A DNA stretch of 37,569 nt, taken from positions 1 to 37,569 of the forward strand of contig MEDY01000467.1 of assembly GCA_001724265.1 (NCBI GenBank), given 5' to 3'. Shown piece by piece: positions 11,484 through 22,464 of the stretch. Positions within the stretch are counted from its first letter, which is position 1; the number at the start of each line of letters is the position of its first letter. The stretch comes from Rhizaria sp. SCN 62-66 (taxonomy: Eukaryota). A program made the translations under genes and the position numbers. Below the pieces are notes generated by a model, which saw nothing but the letters and a program-made list of their open reading frames with translations, made no database searches and was not told where the DNA came from.

Positions 11484-13574
11484 TCACCTAACCACGGTCA
11501 CTGAGACAACATTCTTCCCACCGCCGCGCTGGTGCTGCTGTTGCTGCTCAATCCGCAGACTGCCGTTCATCTCAGCATCGCCCGCAGCCGCCTTGGCCTC
11601 GTCGGCCTCGGCCGCCACCTGCCGCTTGAGCGCGCGGGTGCGCCTGACTCGCCACACCCCGGTCGCAATCACGCCGACGCCGATAAAGGCGTAGATAATC
11701 GCAACAATAATGCCGAACGCGCCACTGCCAGGCTTGGTGAGCGTGATGGATGAGATGAGGATGAAGAGCTGCATCCCGAAGAAAATGGCCTTGGTGGGTA
11801 AGTAGTTGTGCAAGTACTCGCCGATCTTGAGCGCGATCACGATCACCGGCGTGATGAGCAGGTACACCAGCCACTCGTCGACCTTAAAAATTCTAAAGTA
11901 GAACCGCGCGCCGAGCATGAAGGGCAGGTTGAGCAGGAAGATCATCGCGCACGTGTCGCGCGCAGTCGTCCCGTCGAGCTGCATGTACGCGACGTACATC
12001 ACGATGGGCGGGCCGTTGATGCCGAACGCGCCGCCGAAGAACCCGGCCGCAATGCCGGTAACAAACCCCAGCGCGGCCTGCGTCTTGTGCTGCTTGAGAT
12101 GCTCCCAGGCCATCGCGGCCGCGAAGTGCACACGGTCACTGACCGTGAGCGCGCCCGCCGCCTCCGCGGCGTCGTACTCGGCCTGCGATGCGACGCGGTT
12201 GCGGGCTCTCTTGGGGGCCTTGCCGTCGGCGTTCCACACCGCGCGCAGGGCGTCGTGGTCAAGCTCCTCCGTGCTCACGGCCAAAATAGGGTTTCCGTTG
12301 CTATCGAGACCGCCAGTCCCGGTCCCAGCAGCCGCGTTGATGTGCCCCGCGTGGCCGTAGCCGTCGTGGTGGTTGTACGAGGCTGCGACCGAGTCGGTGT
12401 TGTCGCTGGCAAGCCCGCCGGACAGCAGCGACGGCGGCGGCGGCACTGAGCCCGCGTCGACCGAGTGATGGTTCTGCGGCGGGGTGCCCAGCGTCTTGGC
12501 GTCGTAGTAGTGCTGCGTGTGCTTGTTAACGCGAGGAGCGCCGTGGTGTGCGCTCTGGTGGCCGCTGTGCGCCGCAATGTCGCTCTCGGAGTTGTTCACG
12601 GGCAGGTCGTACGAAGGCAGGTCGTAGTCGAACACGCCGCCTCTGCCGCTCATCGGACTCGCCGCCAGCGCCCCGCCGCCGTGGCCGCCGCCGCCGCCGC
12701 CGTGGCCGTGGCCGACTTGAGCAGCGGCGGCGCGACCGGGGGCGGCCGCAGCGGTGTCACTGTGGTCGTTGACAAGACCGGTGGAGAGCACGACAACGGC
12801 ACCGTTGCCCTTAGCGCCGCCGGCAGCCGTGTGCTGCGAGTTGGGAAGCGGCGACATCTCGAGTCCTGCCAACGAGGCGCCGCGCGCGCTGTCGGCGCTG
12901 TTCTCGACGGCGCCCGCACTGCTGTCGACGGTGCCCGTGGCGGAGGTAAGTCCCAGGCGCGCGCGCTCTTCGGCGAGCACGGCGGCGTCGTCCTTGCGGC
13001 GTGAGAGAATGTTGCTGGACACGAACTGCCACACTGCGATGACGATGAGGAAACAGCCAAGGATCTTGGTTAGCGCGCCCTGCTTGAGGTCCACCGCGGC
13101 AAGCGTGCCCAGCCACACAATGCCGTTAAGGCCCGGGAAGACGTAGGCGTTGACGTCCTTGCGGTAGAGCTTGCCCTTGAAGATGGTGGGGATCATGGCG
13201 ACGTAGTTGACTGCGGAGGTGACGGCAGCGACGGCCAGAACGCGGCGCGAGGACACTTCCAGACTCCCGCTACCCATGTCGATGTCAAAAAAGTCTTCGC
13301 CAATGCGCCACATGGCTTGGACCAGAATGGCACCGCCAGAACCGGTGATACCGGTTGCCAGCGCGGCCAGCTGTGGGACGTGAACGAAAAGGCCGGCGCG
13401 AACGTTGTGGGTCCGTGAGAAGGAAAGGAAGGTTTATGAGTGAAGGTAGTTATTTTTTGAAGTGAAATCTTCGGAAATAGGAGTGAAAGCAACGAAATTA
13501 TGCTGTGACAAAAGACGTACTGTGACGGCGCCGAAAATAATGCTGCTTTCGGCAGCGCCGGGGAAGTAGACCAT
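11484..13574 (-). CDS. TauE/SafE (TSUP) family membrane transporter (2 exons, 646 aa)
   Basis: Exons 13574-13521 and 13370-11484; phase-0 intron 13520-13371 (GTACGT...CCACAG). Two internally repeated hydrophobic halves, IIFGAVTLAALATGITGSGGAILV and GFVTGIAAGFFGGAFGINGPPIVMY, are separated by a long hydrophilic loop. Confidence 0.85.
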
Positions 13575-15071
13575 CGGCAAATTGCGGAGGAGCGGAAGGT
13601 TTTGTTCAAGCTGTAGGACAGAAGGCAGACACACGTTTCGAGGTAAATAATTGACCCATCAAAGAGAAAATATGTAAGAAAATAGCATTCTAGAGCAACC
13701 AGTTTGGAATGATGATTTATTATCGTAATAATCAAGAGTTCAAATCCGCCGCCAGTCCGCATCGCCTGCGCGTCCCGGTTACGGGAGGGGGCTGTCGCGA
13801 AATCTTCAAAAGTACGTCTTTCATGCTCAATATGAAGAGCATAAGTAGAAACCGACTTATCAATAGAATAGCCGTAACGCACATTTTAATAGGTTGGTAA
13901 TAATTTCTGAGATCAAGTGATATTATGCGTAAAAACCAATAAATATCTTGTGACACCAATGGTGCTTTTAAGTTGCATCTCTGTCACGGAGCAACAAAAG
14001 GCATGCGTACAAGTCAAGGCAAGGGATTTCGGATTTAAACTCTGGTTGATGAACATATACTAGGTTTTGACAATAACTGTACAAAGTTATTCTGATATAC
14101 CTTTGTTCTACATGGTATAAACACAACTTAACACAGGTTGACTGCCCATGAATCTCAGCTTTATGTAGCACACTGTTGACGTTGTTCTCGACATAAGTAC
14201 TTTGTCCCGGCGCAACGTTGCCATATTTTACAGTACAATTATTACAATAGCACACCAGAGAGTAAGCGTTGACGTCATTCCACTTGTTATGGGTCGTAGT
14301 GAGACTTGAAGTTACATAACGACAAGTTTTATTCAAGTGGACACTTGACAGAAAAGGATGGGTATAGCCGTTGGTATAAGCTATATCACGCAAGAATAAT
14401 CCATGAAATTATGATGCAACGCATATCTTTACGTTTTTCCTACCTCGCGTACAAATGAGCTCGCTGTGCGCGTTAGTGTCAACGTGTCTAACCTGTCGAG
14501 GGCAGTTTTTATCAGCTAGATGAAGTAGTCGGTATATTCATCAACATTCTTGGATTTGGCACATGAAACGCAATATTGTTGTTATTAATTAGTTAATTTT
14601 TGCTATAAGGGCGCAAGATTTGCTGGATCTATCAAGAACGCGCTTATGATAGTCATGAGGCGCAAATTGTAGCAAGCTATATCACACGCGTCTATAGACG
14701 GTATAGATGATAGAGTTACACAAAGAAATTAAGATATACTAACATCTAAGTTTTACTCTATAAGATAATTAGCGCAGAGCACATGAAGTTGATGTTATGT
14801 TTCAGTGTGCTTCGTTTTGCGCAAAAAGCGTTCAACAGCGTTTCTCTCTGCGACGCGTAGCTTCTGGCGACGGCTATCGACGGGGAAGGCCGGCCCAGGG
14901 AATAAATCCGAGAAAATATCATGTGTTTCATCGTCAAAGTGACTGTCACTACAATAATCCATGCGCCATGCAATTAAACTCTAGGTTTCTTAATTCTACT
15001 TACGATGTCATGATGTTTGTATTGTCTAATTCGTCTTTTTGCCTGACTCGTTTTACCCACGCAAGCAGCCC

Positions 15072-17233
15072 ATGTCGACCGAGCTCGCGACCGAGACTCC
15101 CGCCGCGGACCCGCGCACTGCGCTGACATCGATCTCTGCCACGCTGGCCAAGACTATTGCCCCGCTCCCTGGCGACGACGGAATTGCTGGCAAGACCTTT
15201 CTCGTTGTCCTGTGCGGTATTCTTCACCGCGTCGACGTCTACAAGCAGGTGCGTCGTTCACAACTCTCTTTATTTCATCTTTATAGGCTTCACAATCGTT
15301 TGCGATCCTTATTTTGTTGATCAACACACGACGACATGTTTGAAAAATATCTGAACTACGACATATCTATTTGGATATCACTCAATATTTGTCGTGGCAT
15401 CTTCCTTTCTCTTGCGCATTGTCTCCTCGATCTCGATTGCTCTTGCTCATTTCTTGTTCCTGTCGGTCATGTTCTTGCTCTATCTCTCATTTTGACAGGC
15501 GCACGCTCTTGGCGCCCGCTTTATTATCCTTGACGAGAAGGTCACCGAGTGGGTCGACCCCTACGTCGCGCACTGGATCATCAACTCCTCCGCCTACAAC
15601 CCCGAAACCGTCGTCGCCACCGTCACTGACTGGCTCGCCGCGCGCCCGGAAGAGCACATCGACGGCGTCATCACGTTCGATGAGTACGCTATTCTTGCCA
15701 CCGGCAAGCTTGTGGACCACTTCAAGCTCCCCGGCACACCTTTTGACACTGTTAAGACTGTCAAGAACAAGTACATGTACGTCATCGAAGCTTCATATGT
15801 ATATTTGCAATTCGAGAGCTTTTTTGTTTGACTTGTTTCAGACTTTTGACTTGAATGAATGAGAATTTTTTAATCGCGATTTATAACTCGCGATTTTACT
15901 TTCGTTATCTCACTTTGACTCCATCTCACTCGCTACGCTCCAACACTGTGTTTCACTGCTACATCAGGCTCCGCAAGCTCACCGCTGCCGCCGGCGTCCT
16001 GGCCCCCCAGGCGCTGCGTTTCTCCGTCCCGGCCCTCTGCTCCGGCGACTTGGACGCGCAGCTGGCGGCGTTCCCCTTCCCCTGCGTGCTGAAGCCGCTC
16101 TCGGGCGCGGGGTCGCACTTCGTGCGCCGCATCGCTAGCGTCGACGTGCTTAAGGCCGTCGTGGCCGAGTACCGCGACGAGGCCGCGTCCACGGGCGAGG
16201 TCGCCGCCTGGGGCGCTGAGAGCGCCGACGAGGCCTTCATGATCGAGGAGATGCTAGTCGGCAAGGAGGTCGACATTGACCTGCTCATCGACAACGTACG
16301 TCAAAATCACAAAGATAACAAACTTCAAACTTAAGTGTCGTTGCCATTTAGTTTCAATTTCTATCTGTTATCATTTTATAATGCAGTATTTTTTTTCGCT
16401 TTGCGCTCAAGAGTGCTTATTTGTGACCAACTGCTCAAAACATCGATTATTCTATGTTTGCTATTGTTGTTACGGAACTTTAGGGTGAGATCAAGTACCT
16501 CACGATCTCTGACAACTTCCCGTCCGCTGGCCCCGCGCACCTGTTCATGGAGTCCGGCGGCGCGCTGCCCTCGACGCTGCCCTCCGAGGCGCAGATGGCG
16601 CTGGCGGCCATGACCAAGCAGGTCGTCGAGACCTTCGGCAAGAACTTGCATGGGTGCTACCACTTCGAGGCCATGTGGACCGACAAGGGTGCCTTTCCCA
16701 TCGAGCTCAACCAGCGCCTGGGCGGCTCCGAAGTCCTGGTGCTCGCGCTCTCGGTCCACGGCGTGAACCTGGGCGTCCAGGCCCTGCGGCTCGCGCTCGG
16801 CCAGTCCGTCGCCCCGGGCCTCCCTACGGTCCCGTCGCTGCCCACCGCGCTCCCGGCGCCCGTCGGCGTCGGTGCCGTCCCGCGCTGCTACTGCGCGTCG
16901 ACCAACTTCCTCGCGCCCGACTCCGGGTACATCACGCGCATCGGCCGCAACGCGTGCGTGGACGCCGACGCGCGCTACATGGGTTCGATGCACCGCGCGC
17001 AGCCGGGGCACCCGCTCAAGGCGCCCCCGCTGGCGTTTGAGTTCCTGGGCTGGATGGTCGCCTCCGGCGACACGGCCCCCGAGGCCAAGGCGAATCTGGA
17101 CCGGCTGTGCGAGGACTTTTACTGCGAGCTCAAGCCCTTTGAGCGCGGCGACCCCAACGGCATCGTTCCCGGCACGGACGTGTACTACAAGGACTGGGAC
17201 GACGCCGCGGGCAAGAAAAAGGAGACCGCATAA
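15072..17233 (+). CDS. ATP-grasp ligase, carnosine synthase / L-amino-acid ligase-like (4 exons, 510 aa)
   Basis: Exons 15072-15248, 15499-15776, 15968-16295 and 16484-17233; donors GTGCGT, GTACGT, GTACGT; the frames join. Motifs IDGVITFDEY, VKNKYMLRK, FPCVLKPLSGAGS, MIEEMLVGKEVDIDL, ISDN, GCYHFEA and PIELNQRLGG. Confidence 0.88.
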
Positions 17234-18751
17234 GCACAAAGAGCTTTATCGCTTCATTTTACAACTATATTGTTGTTGAATGATCTACTCGGCACAGGGA
17301 CGCGTTACGTGTTTGCCTGAGCTCGCATTTTTGTTTTGTGTGATGAGTTAGGTCTGACGTAGTTACTAAAACAAAACGTCGTTACTCCAACTTATTTCTC
17401 ATTCTTCTTCTTACAATCGCACTTTACATTTACATCATTACACGAACTTGTTTCATTCTTAAATTTTTGCTGTTATCTCCCAACGAGTATAACAGATGTA
17501 TTCATGATCTCTTTCACAAGTCAACCCGTCTGTCCGTCAGTCTGTTGTTGTCTTTGTCGGCTTCTTTTGTTTTTCGTTTCACTGTCATTATCACCCAACA
17601 AACAAGTAATATGTCAACGTGTCAAAATCTAAGTGCTGTTGTTTCAAGTGTCATTGTACATTTTTCGCTCCAAATAATGTGTTCCTGTTTGGCGGTATTC
17701 TTGGAAGTCTTTTTAATAATCACCTCTTGTAGTCGATCGTTAATAACTTCAAATGCTTCGCCTGCATTCACACACTGTGATTAGCTCTGTTATGTTTGTG
17801 TTTGCTTCAACCTGAGTCTTTTTGTTCTTGTCTTTGTTACATCTGCTGCTATTGCTGGATGTGTACAGTCCTTGCTACCTTGTCTTTTCACTGTTAATAT
17901 TGTCTGCCTTTTTCACTGCTACACGTACACTAAGTCACCGGCCACACTCTCGCACTGCAGGTACTGCTCTGAAACTGTTTGTTCTGAACTTCTGGTTGAT
18001 GATGAACACGTTCTCGTCTCAGTTGTTTATTCGTTGACCTGGTTGCAACATCATTCCTCGGTTTCGCTCAAAAGCTACCCCCGAATTCTATTACGATGTC
18101 CGACTATCTCTGCTAAGCGTTTCAATCAGGTGGGCTCAATCGGCAGCAAGCGCGATGCTGTTTTATAATATTAACCCCCCCCCACATACACACACTCTCA
18201 CTTCAGACACTGTTTGCTATCCAATAAGCACAACACAATACATCATATCATGTTCTTCTACTTGAGACAAGATATTCACGAGCGTAACATCGCTAGTCAG
18301 TTTATAATGATTTATAATGTTTATGTTTTTATTGAATTGTTTCCGTCGTAGTCATCGTCATTGCCATCACAGTCGCAGTATCACAGTCACCGTAGCTGTC
18401 ATAAGCTCATAGGTGACTGCATCTACTACAACTGATCCACAATAAAAACCGTTGCCATGCCTACGTAAACAAGGATTGCAGTCAACACTGCAATAACTTG
18501 ACAATACGCACAATCAAAGGAATGTACACACACTCTGATAAACGCACTCCGGATCATTCATTTATATATATTGCTGCAGTTAACACATGCTCGCAAGGAA
18601 CAAACAATCAAACTAACAAACAAAGCCACATTGCTTTTTTCCTCTCATTTTTCTCCCTTCCTGACTCTTGTTTTGCTTCTTCACCTCCCCAACTCACTCA
18701 CTTTCCAGCTGCAACCCCAAGCCCAGCCCGGTGCGGCGCCACACCGCGCGC

Positions 18752-19819
18752 TTAGACGTTGCGGGTGTAGACGGCGAGCGAGGAGATGCCGAAGTGCGCG
18801 AGCGAGGCCGCGTCGGTGGTGGTGCCGAATGCGAGCTCGATCTCGCCCGCCGCGCTCGCCGGCACCGTCACGTCGATCTGCGTCGTGAACTTGGTCTCGG
18901 GGAACTTGTCGCTGCCGCAGATGTTGATCGCGCGCGCGCCGTTGCGCAGCTCGTGCGAGTCGGACCACACGTGCGCGCCGTTGAGCTTGAGGTACGCAGT
19001 CTCGCCCTGCCAATCGTCGATGAAGTGCACGGTAGCGGTGATGCGGAGCTGGGCGTGCGGCGCGAGCTTCGAGATGAGCTTCTTGGCTTCGATCTTGCCG
19101 CCGCCGGGCACGGTGACGACGGTGAGCGGGCCGCAGGGCAGCACGGTGGCGGCGTTAGCCCAGCCGCCCAGGTCGGCGGGGGTGTAGATGTCGTCGCTGT
19201 GCAGCTGCCACTGGGGCACGCCGTTGATCTCGAGCTGATGCGTCTGGATCGAGCGGACAATGATGGTCGACGCCGCGACGTGGTCCTTGCCGACGACGAG
19301 GATGTCCTTGTCGTTGGCGGCCAGCCCCGCGGGCGAGTTGGCGGCAGACTGGGTGACGGCGACGGAGAACTGGCCCTGGCTGTTAGCGCCGACCGAGTAG
19401 GACGAGTCGCCACGGCCGAAGTACACGCGGGCGTTCTTGTCGGAGCCAGCCGTGCGAAGGAAAAGCTGGCTCACCTCGAGACCGACCGCAGAAGCGTTAC
19501 CTACGCGCGAGGAGACGAGAGGTAAGGAGAGGAGCAGTGCAAGACAGAGGGGGTGAAGGAGGTGAGAGGAGGGGCAAGTTTATGGAGACAGAGGCAGTTT
19601 GGAGGAGTGCAAGTAAAATTCTAAGGGAGGATACAAAGACGGTGTTTCTAGGGATTTGACGAGAGGGCCATCTCACGGATGTGGGAAGCGTGGGGAAGGG
19701 GAGGAAAGGGACGTACCAGCGACTGTGGAGGTTTGCTGAGCCAGAGAAGGCTCGTTGGCTGCGGCCATAACAGCGGCAGCCAAAATCACCAGGACAAGGG
19801 AAGACACACGACTCAACAT
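18752..19819 (-). CDS. Secreted beta-rich protein of unknown function (2 exons, 283 aa); resembles alveolate secreted PH-like/crystalloid-type proteins
   Basis: Exons 19819-19717 and 19500-18752; phase-1 intron 19716-19501 (GTACGT...GCGTAG). Signal peptide MLSRVSSLVLVILAAAVMA. The C-terminal domain reads INGVPQWQL...PHAQLRITATVHFIDDWQGETAYLKLNGAHVW...INICGS. The gene model is solid; the family call is from memory only. Confidence 0.75.
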
Positions 19820-20754
19820 CGGAGAGTCTCTAATGTTGTAAGTGACGATTAGTCAACCTTCGGCAAAGAAAAGCTTCATCAAACAAGGAGCTGACCTCCC
19901 CCACCCGGCCGAGCAGCCAGCTGCCCCCTTGCTCACGGTCACTTAGAACAGGTTCTGCAGCACATTCGAGTCCATGTCTCTCTTGTACGATTGCAATTCT
20001 GGTTTATTTTAGCTTTTCACACTAATATAGCTTAATTATCATAACATAACCTTAATTTAGCGGCGTTTAGAACGTGTAGTGTGCAGTATCCCTGAAAATG
20101 ATGATGAGGCGACCCCCATAAACTGCTCTTTATCGCCAATATAGGTGACAAGAGCTGTCCCGTTCGCTACATAAATGCATAACAGTATGATAGAGCTAAC
20201 ACTATTCATTGTTGCGTCATCAAACTTTGCAATGGCGCTAGAAAATGCGTCTGTCCATGCCTTCAAAGCGTAGTCAAGGTACACACATCCAGACCCTGCC
20301 GCCTCAATAGACCCACTAAACATGCGGTTTCTTGCACACAGCAAATAAGAAATACCCAAACACACCGCTTAAGCCATTTAACACAAGTTTTAAAGACCTA
20401 CCAGCGTCATGTAAAGCAGATAGCTTCGACCCCAAGTGACTCGGGAACGACAACGACTCGCTCGAGGTGGCTGGGCCGAAAAAAGGTTGCGGGCTGGTTT
20501 TAGCGGTGCGGTTTGTATAATTTTGTTTTCGATCTGTTACGGAGCAGAGACAACGTCAGTGGCTATGTTATATTGCATTTCATAGAGCACACGCATTGGT
20601 GTATACCCACATTTACTGTTTTTGTTATATCAAATTGACTATGACCCGCGGTGAAGGTCGCGCTAACGCCCACCGCACTCTTGTCTGATCCCACACTCAC
20701 TCACTCTGCCTGTTGCGTCTTTCTCAACCCCATTTTGTTCTTTCACATAACCAG

Positions 20755-21378
20755 ATGGCCTCGCTTGTTCGTGCCTGCTCCAGTGGCCTCCGCGGCGTCG
20801 CGGTGCGCCCCATGGTCTCCACCGCTGCCCGCATCGTCGGCTCCGCGACCTCCATCCGCGCCGCTGCCGCTGCCATTCCCGCCGTCTCCGCTCCCGCGGC
20901 CCGTGCGTTCTCTTCTTCTGTCTTCGCGACCCGCTCGATCGCTCCCGCACAGACCATCCTCTCGCGCCCTCTTGCGCCGGTCTTCTCCATCTCGTCCTGC
21001 GCCCCCGCGATCGCCCCCATCACCCTCGACGTGAACTCGATCATCTCGCGCGTCTCGGTCCCCGCCGCCGCGTCCTCGGCCGCTTTCGCCGCGCTCCTCG
21101 CCCCTGCCGGCGTTGCCGCGCTCCCCGCGCGCGCCTTCCACATCAAGCGCAAGGCCAATCCCAACACCAAGGGCAAGAACTACAGGCTCAAGACCCACAA
21201 GGGTACCGACAAGCGTTTCCACGTCACTGGCGCAGGCAAGATCATGCGTTGGCGTTCCGGCCACCGCCACTTGCTGCGCCGCAAGTCCAAGCGCCAGCTT
21301 AAGGACCTCAACAAGCGCGTGCCCATCCCCGAGGTGCTGGTCAAGAAGTACCGCCGCTCCATGCCCTACCGCTTCTGA
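20755..21378 (+). CDS. MRPL35: Mitochondrial ribosomal protein bL35m with long N-terminal presequence (207 aa)
   Basis: C-terminal L35 domain LKTHKGTDKRFHVTGAGKIMRWRSGHRHLLRRKSKRQLKDL. The N-terminus is rich in Ala/Ser/Arg and poor in acidic residues. ATG follows a CAG directly. Confidence 0.9.
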   Translation: MASLVRACSSGLRGVAVRPMVSTAARIVGSATSIRAAAAAIPAVSAPAARAFSSSVFATRSIAPAQTILSRPLAPVFSISSCAPAIAPITLDVNSIISRVSVPAAASSAAFAALLAPAGVAALPARAFHIKRKANPNTKGKNYRLKTHKGTDKRFHVTGAGKIMRWRSGHRHLLRRKSKRQLKDLNKRVPIPEVLVKKYRRSMPYRF

Positions 21379-21403
21379 GGTGGCTAACGACTCGGACTCT
21401 AGA

Positions 21404-21428
21404 ACGCAACTGACGCAACTGACGCAAC
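21404..21428 (+). repeat. 9-nt tandem repeat (ACGCAACTG, about 2.8 copies) in the bL35m 3' UTR
   Basis: acgcaactg-acgcaactg-acgcaac read directly. Confidence 0.8.
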
Positions 21429-22464
21429 CGGTGCAACATAAACGAAGCACTGGAACTGCACAACGACGACAGCAATGGCGACACATGATGCAACAATGCT
21501 TTCTGGCTATGGTGCAACGACGCAGTATGATGAGGTTGAAGTTAATGTCACTTTCTGATGGTTTTGACGTTATTTTGCGCTCGTGACTGCTGCCGTTTGC
21601 AGTGGTGACAGCGATAACGGATAACGGCAACGAATGACGAATGCGTATTATTGTGCGGTGCTAACCAATGCTGAACTGTTTCATACTGTGCAGCGTTGCG
21701 TTGCGCTGTGTATTGTGCGGCTGTGTTTTGTGTCGACGTTTCGCTCCTCGTTTCTTTGTTACTTTTCTTCTTTTTCGTTTTCGTTCTGTTTTTCCTAAAG
21801 CTATCTGTTGGACGAGTGCTATGGGTTTTTATTAGCATTGGTGTTGACACTAGTTGTTTAGGGCTACGTATTTGTCGACGTATGCAATAGGGCCAGGTCA
21901 TCCGTGACTGTTTAGACTACTCTCTCTCTCAAATCATCTCTGTCACTCAGGGGTATGATCTGATACAGGATGCGAGGCGAGATTGTTACGGATGGCTTTA
22001 TTATCTATTGTGTCAGTCGAGTTTATTCACGCTTTTTCATCACCAGTATCAACAAATATTATTGTTATGCTTGATGGTGATGACAGATGACAAACAAAGG
22101 CTAATATCAAAACAAAAGCAAAAACCAACAAGACAAAGCAACAACACTGTTACTTAATCTCCTTAATATTATCAAAAATAAACACTCCAATTGAAACTAC
22201 GAGTCAAGTACATTTTTTTGGTATATATACAGCCTGTACAATCTTATTCAACTCAACATGGACGCTCGAAGGAGGCATTGCATACTGTTTTGCACAAGAA
22301 TTACACGTGAGTATCTAATTAGTTAAAGTCTATGTATTGAGCAATATCATAATAAAAACACATTGCATCTTCAATATTCACACTGTCCCATATTCTAAGT
22401 CACACCTGCACAAAGCGGGTGCGTTACGAAGCGCGCAACTTGCGACACTGTTACGCTCTATGAC

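Noticed and set aside
13193-13882. 229-aa minus-strand ORF upstream of and overlapping TauE
   Set aside because: It runs through the TauE intron and upstream region in a different frame from exon 2. The spliced model explains the region better.
14010-14070. DFGFKLWL on the plus strand, reminiscent of a piggyBac transposase motif
   Set aside because: It is followed by stops within a few codons, with no other DDD motifs and no terminal inverted repeats seen.
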